A stretch of 63,885 bases of DNA, the filler included, from Lenisia limosa (lineage: Eukaryota > Protista > Breviatea): NCBI GenBank assembly GCA_001655205.1. It is 12 parts of 12 records of this genome, joined end to end, with 100 filler letters (N's around TTAATTAATTAA, not from the genome) between each part and the next. Parts side by side here need not be neighbours in the genome. Positions count along the whole stretch, not along the records: positions 24,382 to 30,676 come from LPNZ01007698.1; positions 30,777 to 49,005 come from LPNZ01009047.1; 10 more parts are not named here. The stretch is one strand, 5' to 3'. Below are positions 24,396 to 37,086 of this stretch, one piece after another. Under the pieces are notes generated by a model. It ran no database searches. It was not told the origin of the DNA and was given only the letters and a program-made list of their open reading frames with translations. How positions within the stretch are numbered: position 1 is the first letter of the stretch; every line of letters begins with the position of its first letter. Made by a program: the position numbers and the translations under genes.

Positions 24396-27300
24396 AACGG
24401 CAAAGATGAAGTGGCATCAGCTGAGATAGCCGCGCTTGCTGCCCTTTTCGGACAGGTCAAGCTCACTGGTGGGTGACGTCTTGACTTTGGAGAGTTGTTA
24501 GATAATTGAGCTGCGAATTAATACTCATCAGTATTTCCAGATACTAATATTTTTTTCTCATATTTATGGAAGCAAATGACATTTGGATTCCAGCCTACTA
24601 CCTTCCTTGTTTTTTCTCCCTTCCCTTACCAAGTCCATGTCAAGCCTTTTTCGCTTATCCAACGTGCCAACAATACACATTTTTCAGGTTAAGTTAACAC
24701 TCGTTCACATTTAGATGACGCGAATTCACACGAGATCGGCCTGCTTCCCACGGTACGAGGCTCTTTTCTACATCTTATTTGTTTCCATGCTTTTCTCTTG
24801 TGTTGAAATGTTACCAACTGCGCTGATGTTTTTTTTTTTCTATTCATGAGTTGATTCTGGATTTCTTTATTCCATACATTTTCCATATTTCTCGAAATGC
24901 TAGCCAGTAGAGTTGATCCTATTTTTATTTTTTTTCTTTCATGATTTTCCATATCATAATGATCAACCTCGTGGGTTGTCAGCCACCAGTGTTGATTTTG
25001 GACTTTTTTTTTGTGTCTTAAATTTCCCATATTCACCCCCCCCCCNNNNNNNNNNNNNNNNNNNNNNNNNNNNNNNNNNNNNNNNNNNNNNNNNNNNNNN
25101 NNNNNNNNNNNNNNNNNNNNNNNNNNNNNNCTCAAGTACGCTGCAGCCAGCGCCATGGCCACCCTGCTCGTTAGGGGCCCTAAACGGGTACGCTTTGATA
25201 GCGGTAAATGTAACAAATATAGTGATTTAATTTAGCAATTCAATAAAATGTTCAAATAATTACAACCATTTCTTCCTTTCTCTAGTATAGGGTATCGAAA
25301 TAATTTCAACCATTTCTTTCCTTTCTCTAATATGGCGTATCTACATTATATCTTTTTTTGTTTGTTCTTTATCTGAAAATACAGAATTGTCAGAGTCGAA
25401 TTAAATCCTCTAACAGACCTCTTTTGGCATATCCTGCTCATACTCCAGTTTTTCGAAGCCAACTACGACACCTTTGTGTTTGGCACTCTTACCAAAATGC
25501 TCTCCAATAAGAAACACTGCCAGTGGGGGGGGGGGNNNNNNNNNNNNNNNNNNNNNNNNNNNNNNNNNNNNNNNNNNNNNNNNNNNNNNNNNNNNNNNNN
25601 NNNNNNNNNNNNNNNNNNNNNNNNNNNNNNNNNNNNNNNNNNNNNNNNNNNNNNNNNNNNNNNNNNNNNNNNNNNNNNNNNNNNNNNNNNNNNNNNNNNN
25701 NNNNNNNNNGTTTCTCAATTAATCTTCAATAAAACCAAAAATAGTATTGTAACTCATCTCAGCCGGTTTATTCTTCCTTTCTTCAGCACCTTTCCTATAC
25801 TGTAATGTGTGTAATATTTATTGTTTTTATTGACACACATCTTGACACCAGTTTTCTTCGTCGAAATTTCCTTCGTTTAACTACATCTCCAGTACTTAGT
25901 TTGACAAATTTTCCAATCTTACACCTCCCCCCCCCCTCCCAGGTCGGGTTTAGAGGTCCTACGTGTCCTTGTTCGGGGCCCTATAGCGACAGATTTTGAA
26001 GATATGGAGGGCCGTGATCTCGACTTTCAGCCCTATAACTGCTGTCAAGCCGAGGAGCAGGAGGCCTTGTGGGGGGGGGGGTGATTTTACATGGNNNNNN
26101 NNNNNNNNNNNNNNNNNNNNNNNNNNNNNNNNNNNNNNNNNNNNNNNNNNNNNNNNNNNNNNNNNNNNNNNNNNNNNNNNNNNNNNNNNNNNNNNNNNAC
26201 GAGAATATACATATCATATCTACAAGAAAGTTGGATAAATAATAATAAGCAGGAGAGTTTGTTTATGGGATGCATTGTGAGATTGGAATATGTTCTGAAA
26301 TATACAACATTATAGCAAAGAAGGGGATATTATGTCATTGCTGATGAAAAGAGGTGTAGTATTGGCGGAATGCGGAGCGTTGTTAGTTTACAGATACGAT
26401 TCTCTAACCCTCTAGTCTTGAAGACCTCCTCTGACCCCTCTAGTCTTGAAGACCTCCTCTGTTTATTCTGCGGACACTCTCCGGACCCATCCACTCCCTC
26501 AACCAAGGCCCCATGGTATGGATGGCTTACAGTTAGGGCTTTACTTCGGTTCAAAAAAGACTGAATTTCTCAATAAATTCGAGAAAACTATCGATAATTT
26601 ACCGGTCTTTTTCAAACCAAGAGCTTTCTTTTCTGATGTAATAAAATTGTGATTGGAAACTTGTAAAAAATAGCGTTTCAACGGAATTGTCTTTCTTTTG
26701 CCTGTGTCTCCATCTCCCCTGCCTAATATACAACTTCATGTATTCACGATACCATGTATTCTCACAATTATTTATCTTGGTTACAGTATTTAGGTCAGGA
26801 CAGTTAAATTGTGTTGCTACGGCATCTGAAATTGTTATGCGTGGTGCTGTTGGGAGGTAGGAGACAGAGATCTGGACTGAGTGTTATTTGGGTCTATTCT
26901 CCTTTTCTACAAATGGTATTCGAGGGTTCTTCGTCATTCTCATCGTTACTCTTTTACTGACAGTGGATAAGTTGATATTCTCTGATAGTAAAAAGAGTGT
27001 ATTCTAAAATGTTGACTCTTCACATAATACAATGTTGACTCTTCTCATAATAAATTGTTTATTCACGTTGTAGTGTTCATTACGGTATTGAAGTGGTCCT
27101 GAGGAAGTTATTGGAGTCTTCATCCAGTCTGGTGGAGCAAGCCGTAGGAGGGCTAGGTATCTTTACGCAAATTGTTCAATTACCTCACGCTTTTCACCAA
27201 AACCGAAAAACCTTTGTGTTTCAAAAATAATACTACTCTGTAATCCCATTTCATTAAGACGAGCTTATCAGATGATCATTTAGACTGGAATGGTGGCCGC

Positions 27301-30300
27301 CTTCACAATGCTGTGGCCAAAAACCTGCTTCTTAGATTGGATAGGCCCCGAGGGCGACAATCTTCGATCCGAGGCCGTGAGGGGGGTCAGCATTATGTAA
27401 TTAGGAATAAAACCATAATTGTGATGTTCTGCAGGGATTGGTTGCTGTTGTTTATTTCTCTCTTTTGTCTATTGATTCAAAAACAGTATTTTACATGTAT
27501 TCATTGAAATTCCCTTCTTTGACTGGCCTGGGCTTTGTTGGCTTTGTTGTTTTAACCCTTGTGTGTTTCCAAAATGCTGATGATTCTGGTATTTTATTTC
27601 TCAAAATTCCTTTTTTTAATCCCCCAGGAACAGTCCCTGCTTCGCGTTGTAGTGCCGCAGCTGACAACAAGCCTGCATGATACAGGAATGTGGCCAGTTT
27701 GTACCGACACACTCAAGACCCCTCATTGTTATACCGAGTGGGGAGGGGTGATGGTAGTGAAGGGAGAGAGGGGTATAACGGGGGTCTATTAGGAGTCTGA
27801 AGCGAAAAATGGTTTTGTTTGATTTCCGGTGTATTTATCCCTTCATTTAAGCTATTTCCCTCCTGCTCTTACATCTTAGACTATCCCCAAACATGGACGC
27901 TCTGAGCGTAGATTTGTTGCTGCAGGTGAGGAGAGATAAGTGGCGTAGATTTGTTGCTGCAGGTGAGGAGAGATAAGTGGCGTAGATTGTATGATGTTAA
28001 TAAGGGGTTTTGTGCCGAGAATTTCCTCTGCAAAAAAGTTTGTCAATTTCTGTACTATGACCCGTTAACCACCAGACTGTAAATTATCAAATTTCATATT
28101 CTCATCGAAATTTCCTTCGTTTTACTCCCCCCCCCCCAGGCCGGCCCGACCAAGGCGGCAGTTGGCGGCTGGACGGCATATCGCGCAGCCGTGTTGGCGG
28201 CGGCGTTCACCACAGACTTCGACTGTTTTATATGCCCAAGTGGGAAGGGGAATATGATATGTAGGGCTTCCGAAAAAGACCGGTCTAATATCGAAATTCA
28301 TCGAGGATTTATCGAGAAATTCAGTTAATTGGGACCGGTGGGTATCTCAAGTGATATGATAGATAGACAATACATATCATATTCATTCTTGCTCAAATTT
28401 GAGTGGGTCTTATCTTCAAATTTTTAACATAGTATGCTGGAGGAGGGTTGAACTGAAACAATTATATAGTATATTGCGCAAATTCTAATTTCCCTGAAGA
28501 TAAGACAGTTTGACACCACAGTTTGTCCGGTATATCCCTCGTAGTACATAGTAAATGAAAAGTGATATTATGAATTGGAATTCCCTTTGGTCTGAAAAAG
28601 ACCATCAAAATGTAGATATTTATCAAAGATTTATCGGGAGATATTGGGTCTTTTGAAGCCTAAATTATGATGATTGTTTTAGAAAACGACTTTTCGTTGA
28701 GCAAATTACTTATACACCCAGATCCTGTCCTTGGTGAGGAGAGGGGGGTGGGAAGCGTTATATAGTGTCATATCACAATTTGGCATTTCTTCATACTTAC
28801 ACCTCTCTCTCTCTATTTTTACTCCTTATCTACCATCTACTGTAGGTACGCTGGAATGATGGGATTGCTGCTGAAGTGACTGTCCTGGGCTTTGTTTGTT
28901 TTGTTGTTTAAACTATCGTGTGTTTCTAGCCAACAGAGTTGATTTGGGATATTTCTTTTTTTGTTTCATTAATTTCCAATTCCACTATCCTGTATGCCCT
29001 TTATTCATATTATTAAAGCGGACTGTACTGCGTTTGCTCTGTTCTTTGCTGTTCGCCGCAACCCCTCATGGAGAGCCGCGATTGTTGAGGTATTCGAGGG
29101 GGGGGGGNNNNNNNNNNNNNNNNNNNNNNNNNNNNNNNNNNNNNNNNNNNNNNAACCCATAAATGAACCCATAAATGAAATCATAAATGAACTGAACTGC
29201 CATCACACAATTTAGGATGTCTGTACCTTGCTGAACTCCGTTATTGCCTCGGGTACTGAATGGCCTGCTGTGTTGTCCCTTCTCTCCGTTCTGAGCTCTT
29301 TGGTCACGTGCTGGGCTGAAGCTCCAGATCTTGGAGAGGAGTAAGCTGGATGGCAAGGCTTGTCTCAAGGAGAGACCTAGGAGAGGAGGAAGCTGGATGA
29401 CAAGGCTTGTCTCATGGGGAGACCTAGGAGAGGAGTAAGAGGAGGTGTTTTGACAACTTTTGTAGTTTCAAAAAGCCCACTGTTATCCCTCATAATGTTA
29501 TAAGATCCACACTCACACTTACTTCTACTTGAGCCTGGAGTATTGATTCCTCAGACCGATCACGCGTTCATCATCATCGGCATCAATGAACTCCCACGCC
29601 GCCATCGGCAACCCCGGGCCGGACGACGCTTCTTTCATCCAGGAGAAAACCATTCTCACTGTAGGGGTTGTGTACTATATACGATCATTTTACACCTGTT
29701 GGTCAAAAAATGAGCTGACACTTTGATATATATAATATTCCGGGCTCAATAAACCAAGATTAGCAATACAATCCGTGATACTCCTGATTACCACCACCCA
29801 ATTCAATAATCCAAGGGCTTGACTCCGATGCTAAACAAAAACTGAATTTTTCGATAAATCCTCGATAAATATCGATGTATTACTGTCTTTTTCACAATCC
29901 TTATCATAACCCTATCGCTATCATAACCCTATTTTCTTCATGTCAGTGCGACTCGCTGAGATCTTTCCCTCTTTGAAATGCCATTACCCTGATGAGTTGA
30001 TAAAGATATGAGCCCCCCCCTCCAGCTTTAATTGTTGTCAACCCTCATGTATTGTCAGCCAAAAGAGTTGATTTTGGGCTTCTTTGTTTCATAATTTCCC
30101 AATTTACCCCCCCCCCCNNNNNNNNNNNNNNNNNNNNNNNNNNNNNNNNNNNNNNNNNNNNNNNNNNNNNNNNNNNNNNNNNNNNNNNNNNNNNNNNNNN
30201 NNNNNNNNNNNNNNNNNNNNNNNNNNNNNNNNNNNNNNNNNNNTCGGAGAAGGTCCACTCAAAAGATCCCTTTGCTCCTCTCCCCTCTGCTGACTGTCAA

Positions 30301-30305
30301 AATAT
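24396..30305 (+). CDS. Large unknown alpha-helical (possibly HEAT/ARM-like) protein, internal fragment filling the scaffold
   Basis: At least 14 short exon-like open segments bounded by AG/GT, e.g. NGKDEVASAEIAALAALFGQ, DLFWHILLILQFFEANYDTF, SGLEVLRVLVRGPIATDFED, TGMVAAFTMLWPKTCFLDWIGPEG, EQSLLRVVVPQL, ADCTAFALFFAVRRNPSWRAAIVE. The fold assignment is inference only. Confidence 0.55.
24960..25045 (+). repeat. Family B 3' part ending in a C-tract at a gap
   Basis: caacctcgtgggttgtcagccaccagtgttgattttgg...ttcaccccccc. Confidence 0.8.
27521..27627 (+). repeat. Family B repeat ending at an acceptor
   Basis: gactggcctgggctttgttggc...ttaatcccccAG, then exon EQSLLRV. Confidence 0.75.
28846..28988 (+). 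repeat. Family B, full-length copy
   Basis: Starts gtacgctggaatgatggg, the same start as the 58155 copy; acceptor lies 30 nt downstream at 29018. Confidence 0.85.
30040..30117 (+). repeat. Family B 3' part ending in a C-tract at a gap
   Basis: caaccctcatgtattgtcagccaaaagagttgattttgggc...ccaatttacccccc. Confidence 0.85.
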
Positions 30306-30597
30306 GAGGTGAACGATTTTTTTATCGGATATGCACCAGAATCAGAGCCCTCTCTTCCACCTTTCCCTCAAGAATTACAGTATATTACTATTTAATTGCA
30401 GTAAAGTCTCCATTGGAACTAGGGTCATAGAGATCCGGCGGTTGACTCCACAATCACAATCCCCCTCTCCCCCTTTTAGCGACTGGCCTGTGCTGTGTTT
30501 GTCTCGTTGTTTTTATCTCTTGTCCAAATGATTTCCAGCAGAATTGATTCTGGGTTGTTTCTAATTTTATTATTTACCACCACCCCCCCCTCCAGAG

Positions 30598-30676
30598 TTG
30601 GTTGCTCGTGTTTGTTATTGCTTGTTTTTTTGTTTGTTTGTTTGTTTGGAGTTTTAGATTATTCTGTTCGTGATTA
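30598..30676 (+). repeat. Family I TG-rich repeat; second copy at ~63279-63350
   Basis: gttggttgctcgtgtttgttattgcttgtttttt...gttcgtgatta is shared. Confidence 0.75.
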
Positions 30677-30776
30677 NNNNNNNNNNNNNNNNNNNNNNNN
30701 NNNNNNNNNNNNNNNNNNNNTTAATTAATTAANNNNNNNNNNNNNNNNNNNNNNNNNNNNNNNNNNNNNNNNNNNN

Positions 30777-33700
30777 CTATATCATGCCTGGCCCTGATGA
30801 GTTCGACGTTCTTCAACGGCTGACTGATCCATCTCTGGAGTGCCCTGCTGCCCATTGCTACGGAGTGAGCAGTTGTCTACCACAGGTTTGACTGTTTTAT
30901 ACAACAGAAATTTGATTGGTGTCCACAAGTGATATGATGAACAAATGACCGACTTTTGTTGAAGATAACAAGAGGGTTAATCACGGGTGTATCAGAGTCA
31001 GGGTATCATTGAGACTTATCAGTCAATTATCACACGAGTGGATAAGATAATTAGTTCCCACGTGTGAACATTCCAGGAAGTGACATGATTGTTGTGAGGG
31101 AAATGCAGCTGAGAATGAAAAGGGCTTCAATTTGGTTCCAAAATATAAAAACCGAAACTCGCATGGTATCCCAATGTATTCTTTCGTATTAATTCTCAAC
31201 GAAATTTCCTTGATCTCAAAAACCCTCCAACATGTTGTGGTTTTGTTGAGCACACCAAACAGTGACATGGTCTTTGGGCCAACTGGAGGGTCAGAATCAG
31301 GAAGGAGGGAGGAAATGGGAAATAAAAAATTGTGAATGAGAAGTGAGAAATTGTAAATTGTGAATGAAAAATAAGAAACGACAAAACTAATAGTTCTGTC
31401 TTCTATCAATAATGTGTCCTTCGGTTCAGAAAAATCGAGAAAATATCGATATTTTTCGAGGATTATCGAGAAATTCAGTCTTTTTTCGAACCGAAGAGAA
31501 GCCCTTTATTTTAGGTAGGGCTTAACTCCGAGAAAATGACTTCTTCGATATCATCATACATAGTTACCATTATCACATATTCCGATATCATAATACATAA
31601 CATATTCGACATCATCACATCACTTTTTGGATTATGTTAACGTTGACTATTATATCACTTTTTGAATCATCACATGTGAACTACCATTTTCCACGCAGTG
31701 ATATGGTACCTCATATCCACTCGTATGATAATTGACCGACAAGTCTCAATGATACTCTGATACACTCGGGATGAACCCTCGTGTTATCTTCATCATTTCT
31801 ACTTGAAAGTCGGACATATGATCATATCACTGGTGGATATGGGTTAAAATACGTAACATATTCCGATAGTTTATCGATCTTTTTCGTCCCAGAGTGAAGC
31901 CCTAGTTATGCAAGGTGACTAGGTGTGGAGCTTTCTGGTAAGGCAATTAAACTGAGAGTAATAATACTAGAACTAAGCTTTCTATTGAGTAATACTTAGG
32001 GCTTCCTTGCGGTCCCAATAAGACTGAATATATCAATAAATTATCGATTAATGTTGTTTTTTTTACCGGTCTTTTTCGGACTATAGAGAAGCCCTAGTAA
32101 AAAAAACTACGTGACATAGCAAAAGCAGAGAAGAAGGAATCAAAAAGCTAAAGGCTGGTATCAGGAAGAAGGAATCAAAAAGCTCAAGGCTGGTATCAGG
32201 AAGAAGGAAAAAGACTCTCCCATCACTACCACTATAAGCAATCTCTCTCTTTTTTCCCTCTCTCTCTCTCTCTCACCCCTCATCCTCCCCTTAAAATACC
32301 TCCCCTACCAGCCGCCGGGAAGAGGTTCAAAGATGCCATGCCACAGCTGTCAAGCCTGACGTGGTCTTGGAGGGAGTGCAGTGCTATGCTGAACTGCTTG
32401 TTGTTGGAGGGGTCACCAAGAAGCTGAAAATGTAAGCCTATAGGCGAAATTATCGAATACTGAAAAATGTAAGCCTATAGGCGAAATTATCAAATATTGA
32501 AAAGTAAGGGGAAATAAATAATTTCTCAAGATGATGATACATAACTATGTCATAGTATACTATATCAAAAGTTTCCAAGAAGTTAAATTCAAAATAACGG
32601 ATATCTGCCCCAGCACAAACTTTACAGATAAAACACATTTTACGATAACAAAGGCAACATAAATCCAATAAAATGGGGGAAAGGGAACGGGTGAAGAGGA
32701 TATTATTTGCAGTCATAGCTGATCCAAGGAACATATAACATACAGCTGTTTTAAAAGGAGTGAACTGAAATATAGGCCCCTTTTGGCCATGATATTCCCT
32801 TATCGCCCCCCCCCCCCAATCCTTCTCACATTGAGATGGCTGATGAAGGCAGCCAATGCGTTAAGAGCCCTGAATCGAGTTAAAGCAGGGATACTGTTTA
32901 TTCAAAAAAGTGAAAAAGGGAGGATAGAATTGCTTAATTCAAACCAGTGACGAAACAAGGGCAGTATTCAATCAAGCCAAAGCAGGGATAATGAAAAAAA
33001 CTTATTTGAAACAGGGATAACAAGACAGGTAGTACAAGGCAAACAATAAAAAGTGGGAGAAGAAAAAAAGCCAAAGAAAACAAATATAAAAAAAACTGAG
33101 CAGGAAAATACCAACTTGGGGAGGTCAAGAGCGGGAAGGTAGGTTTTTTCTCCGAAGCACAAAGTGGCCAAATCAGCAGCAGCGTTGGAAGAGTTGAAGA
33201 TAGAGGGCTTGCTATGGGTCACGACAACCTGGGGAGAGGAAGGTCAAGGGAATTTTATCAAGCAAAAAGAAAAACCCCTGTTAAATTTGTTAGCAAAACA
33301 TTTTTGAAACAGCAAGGGTTGAAAGCAGCAAAACAAAGAAGTATCCAGGAAGCAAAGCAAAAAAATGCCATTGTGAAAATACGCAGTTAAATTGTTGCTC
33401 AAATGAAGAAGAAGAACTTGTAAACAAAAAGAAGGATATGGAAGCTGTCAAAACAATCACGTTTATAAGAGATACTGAATAGAAGAGAAGAAGAACCCAA
33501 AGAAACCCACGCCAGTTTTGACGAAAACATCTGCTACTGACTTGGTGATCTGAGCCTCAACAATAACAACCTGGGGGGTGAGACAGAATTTTTGAAGGAA
33601 GTAAAAACATTGGATACTATTGAAATTCTGTCATGTTAAAAAGGGATGATGTCACAAAGGATCAATGATAAAGTCCTTTGAATATAATAGATACAGTTTG

Positions 33701-35835
33701 GAAGCATTGGAATTTTATTCTGTTAGTATCCCCATGCAGGAAGGCACCTTTAGTCTCTGATTCTAATATCTTTTGGGAGGGTATTCAAGTGTTGATTTTT
33801 GTTTTATGGTAGCTCTATGTAATTATCCCAAGATTATATTCTATTGAATGTACTCGCTGTCAAAAAAAAAATCCCAAGGTTACGGCGACGCACCTCTTTA
33901 GTCGCTGTTTGGACCAAGGCAGTTTCCAGGTTGGAGTAGGCAGAATCGTCCTGAAACTCCGCATAACTTAGTGTCCGAAGGGACGCGTCTCCGAAGGCCA
34001 TTCCAACCACCTGGTTGTAAAAGGGGGAGAAGATCTTTCGCAGTAAAGCGGATCATAAAGATCCGCGATGAGAAGAACTTGTTGTCAGACAACGGTGGGA
34101 AGTACTTGATCAGCCAGGTTATAACCNNNNNNNNNNNNNNNNNNNNNNNNNNNNNNNNNNNNNNNNNNNNNNNNNNNNNNNNNNNNNNNNNNNNNNNNNN
34201 NNNNNNNNNNNNNNNNNNNNNNNNNNNNNNNNNNNNNNNNNNNNTTTTTAAACCAGTGAAGCCCCCCTCCCCTTACGTTATTAGCAACGGACGGGATGGA
34301 AACCGTGGCGATAGTGGGGGTAGCAGATTCGCCAGAAGAGCCAAAAATGAAACTTTCGAACGCCTGAAGGTTGCCCGGGGAGGCCTGATGTTGTGAGGAA
34401 AAATAGAAATCAAAAGAGTATCAGTAATAAAACCAGAAAATACTTTTTGAGAAATAAAAACACGGGATGCAGACCCCCCACGGATTGGGCCAGTCTCCAT
34501 GTGCTAGCTGATCCTGAGTAGACCTCCACCCTCTTCTGCTTCTCAACAAGTAAGTCGCGAACCACTGACTCGAACATCCGCAGGGACACACTGTAGGATT
34601 AGCGGGAGGGGGGGTAAAACGAAAGAAATTTATGAATGCCCAAAATCAACTCTGATGGCTCACAACACACGAGGGTTGATAACAACAAAATAAACAAAGC
34701 CCAGGTCAGTCACTTTTGAAGCACCGCATCCTATCNNNNNNNNNNNNNNNNNNNNNNNNNNNNNNNNNNNNNNNNNNNNNNNNNNNNNNNNNNNNNNNNN
34801 NNNNNNNNNNNNNNNNNNNNNNNNNNNNNNNNNNNNNNNNNNNNNNNNNNNNNNNNNNNNNNNNNNNNNNNNNNNNNNNNNNNNNNNNNNNNNNNNNNNN
34901 NNNNNNNNNNNNNNNNNNNNNNNNNNNNNNNNNNNNNNNNCAAACAAAATAAATAGTAATCAGTGAATTCGAATACTGTTCATAGTATCACACCGTTGGG
35001 ACCGGTACTAACTTAACCAGGGCTTCACTTTGATCCAAAAAAGACCAGGAAAAAATATAAATAACTTTCGCGGATGTTTCCGTACTGAAGTGAATCCCTA
35101 AACAAACCAAATACTGTTCACAGAGAGAGCGGCAGTACCAAGCGTCTGTTAGGTGAAGAAAGTCGTAGATGAGTGCGGTGGAGGGGGGGACACAGTGTAA
35201 TTTAAGATTGGTTGATCTTTATGATCCCTAGATCAGCGGCTTGATATCAGAACACCCACACACCTTCACAGAGGCTCTGGAGCGATAGAAAGTGTCAGCG
35301 ATATATAAAGCGTCTTCTCCGTGGATGGAATAATAATCCTGGGGGGGGGGGGGNNNNNNNNNNAATTGAAAAATACAATAGAATTGAAGAGGTATCACAA
35401 TCGAAGATGAGAAAATATTCGGTGGCAGAACATTATAAACCTTGGATTGGAGGTTTGAAGACAACGTGTGCCTGTATCAAATGGAGAAGAAGAAGATTTC
35501 CGGGAGTAATATTGGAAGCAAAATCGGATAATTTATGAAAAAAAAAAAAAAAACCNNNNNNNNNNNNNNNNNNNNNNNNNNNNNNNNNNNNNNNNNNNNN
35601 NNNNNNNNNNNNNNNNNNNNNNNNNNNNNNNNNNNNNNNNNNNNNNNNNNNNNNNNNNNNNNNNNNNNNNNNNTCAAAATCAACAACCCCACTTTGCGAT
35701 CGAAAAATACGACGGTGTCTTCGGATTTTGTCGGCATGCGGGTGAAGAAAGAGAGGAACCCTCTTTCAGCATTACCATCGAGGTTCAGAGCTTCAATGGT
35801 CAGATAAATGCGGGGATAGTGATGGTGTCCAGGAT
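30777..35835 (-). CDS. MSH2: DNA mismatch repair protein MSH2, N-terminal part
   Basis: About 12 exons: GNAERGFLSFFTRMPTKSEDTVVFFDRK|DYYSIHGEDALYIA (35338-35264)...MFESVVRDLLVEKQKRVEVY...ASPGNLQAFE...AEFQDDSAYSNLETALVQ...LLGDPSNNKQF...LNLFP...SLFGVLNK...GSRALQRWISQPL. These match MSH2 motifs in order. 3' half is lost at the linker at 30721; the start codon was not located. Confidence 0.95.
31696..31832. mobile_element. MITE family H (CAGTGATATG...CATATCACTG); other copies at ~30930-31050 and ~48735-48860
   Basis: 10-bp perfect TIR; internal gagggtt.a.cc.gagtgtatcagagtatcattgagactt is shared by three copies. Confidence 0.75.
31997..32097. mobile_element. MITE family A in an MSH2 intron; further copies at ~31417-31505, 31855-31905, 35020-35100, 40815-40880, 41692-41787, 48860-48896, 49669-49757
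   Basis: ta-gggcttccttgcggtccc...ggactatagagaagccc-ta. Confidence 0.85.
34591..34735 (-). repeat. Family B repeat ending at an MSH2 acceptor
   Basis: ggatgcggtgcttcaaaagtgactgacctgggc...ttttacccccc...ctaatcctacAG. Confidence 0.88.
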
Positions 35836-37086
35836 CTTATCGACGGTCTATTGCCATGAAGAGTAAATACATACAAATGCAATGGGCTAGAAATAAAGTT
35901 GAAAGAGCCGAAGACGTCCACACTTTTTAAGAACAAGAGTGTAAGTGTACAAATAATGCACATTTTGTCATCACACTCAATCAATGCCAATCCAATAATC
36001 AGTTTTACATATATCATATCATGGAAGAATGGCACCCTTCCTNNNNNNNNNNNNNNNNNNNNNNNNNNNNNNNNNNNNNNNNNNNNNNNNNNNNNNNNNN
36101 NNNNNNNNNNNNNNNNNNNNNNNNNNNNNNNNNNNNNNNNNNNNNNNNNNNNNNNNNNNNNNNNNNNNNNNNNNNNNNNNNNNNNCAGAGTGAAAAAAAA
36201 GATACAACAAATATGAGAGCAAGAGAAATGTCAGTGAATGAGCATCGTAGAATGGTCAAAATAACACAAAAAGACTGGGGTGATGAAGCAAGATCAACAA
36301 AAAAGCCAAATAGAAGACATCTCAGCTAATTCTAATTACAAAGAAGAGTAGGCAGGATTGTCGACCCCCCTCCCTCCCTCCTCCAAACACAAACAACTCT
36401 TGGAGGAGTAAATAGTCTAAAGTGAATGTATATATATACTCCTCCAATTGAAAATGAAGTGCTCTAACACTTCAGAGAATTATCCACGGTTTACATCTTT
36501 TTGAACAACATCAACATCTCTAAGAACACATACTCAGCTCCAACCATGAGCAAGCAACAAGATAGGCAAGAAAGAAATAGGAGGAGATGATTGAAGAAAC
36601 ACACAGAGGCAGGGGCAGTATTCATATGATCCAGTGTCATTTGGTGTTTGCTTTACACACCCATATTGAAAGCATCTCGTTGCACACGAGAAACCACTAA
36701 CCTGTCAGGTTTGTTTCAACCATTGTAAAGTGTCAAGTCTCAATGTTGTTCCTCTTTTTCTTCTTCTATCTATCTATCTAGTCTAGAGACAATATAGATA
36801 TTTCAAGATATAAAATACAATTAGATGGGGACAAGACGGGGAGAATTTTGCGGGAGAAGAGGCATGGGGTTGTGTATAAAACACAACCTCATGGAAGAGG
36901 GATGAGAGGGATAGGAATGAGCAGAATGAACTGAACTATCAGTCATTTATCTTTCACGTTGGTGCTTGGTTTTCAGTATGGTACTCAGAATCCATAATAT
37001 GTATAAGATGACAAGGGGAAAGGCGATAACTTGAAAACACCGAATAAAAATGCTGATCAAAAGCGTTTCATTTAAAGGAAAACACT

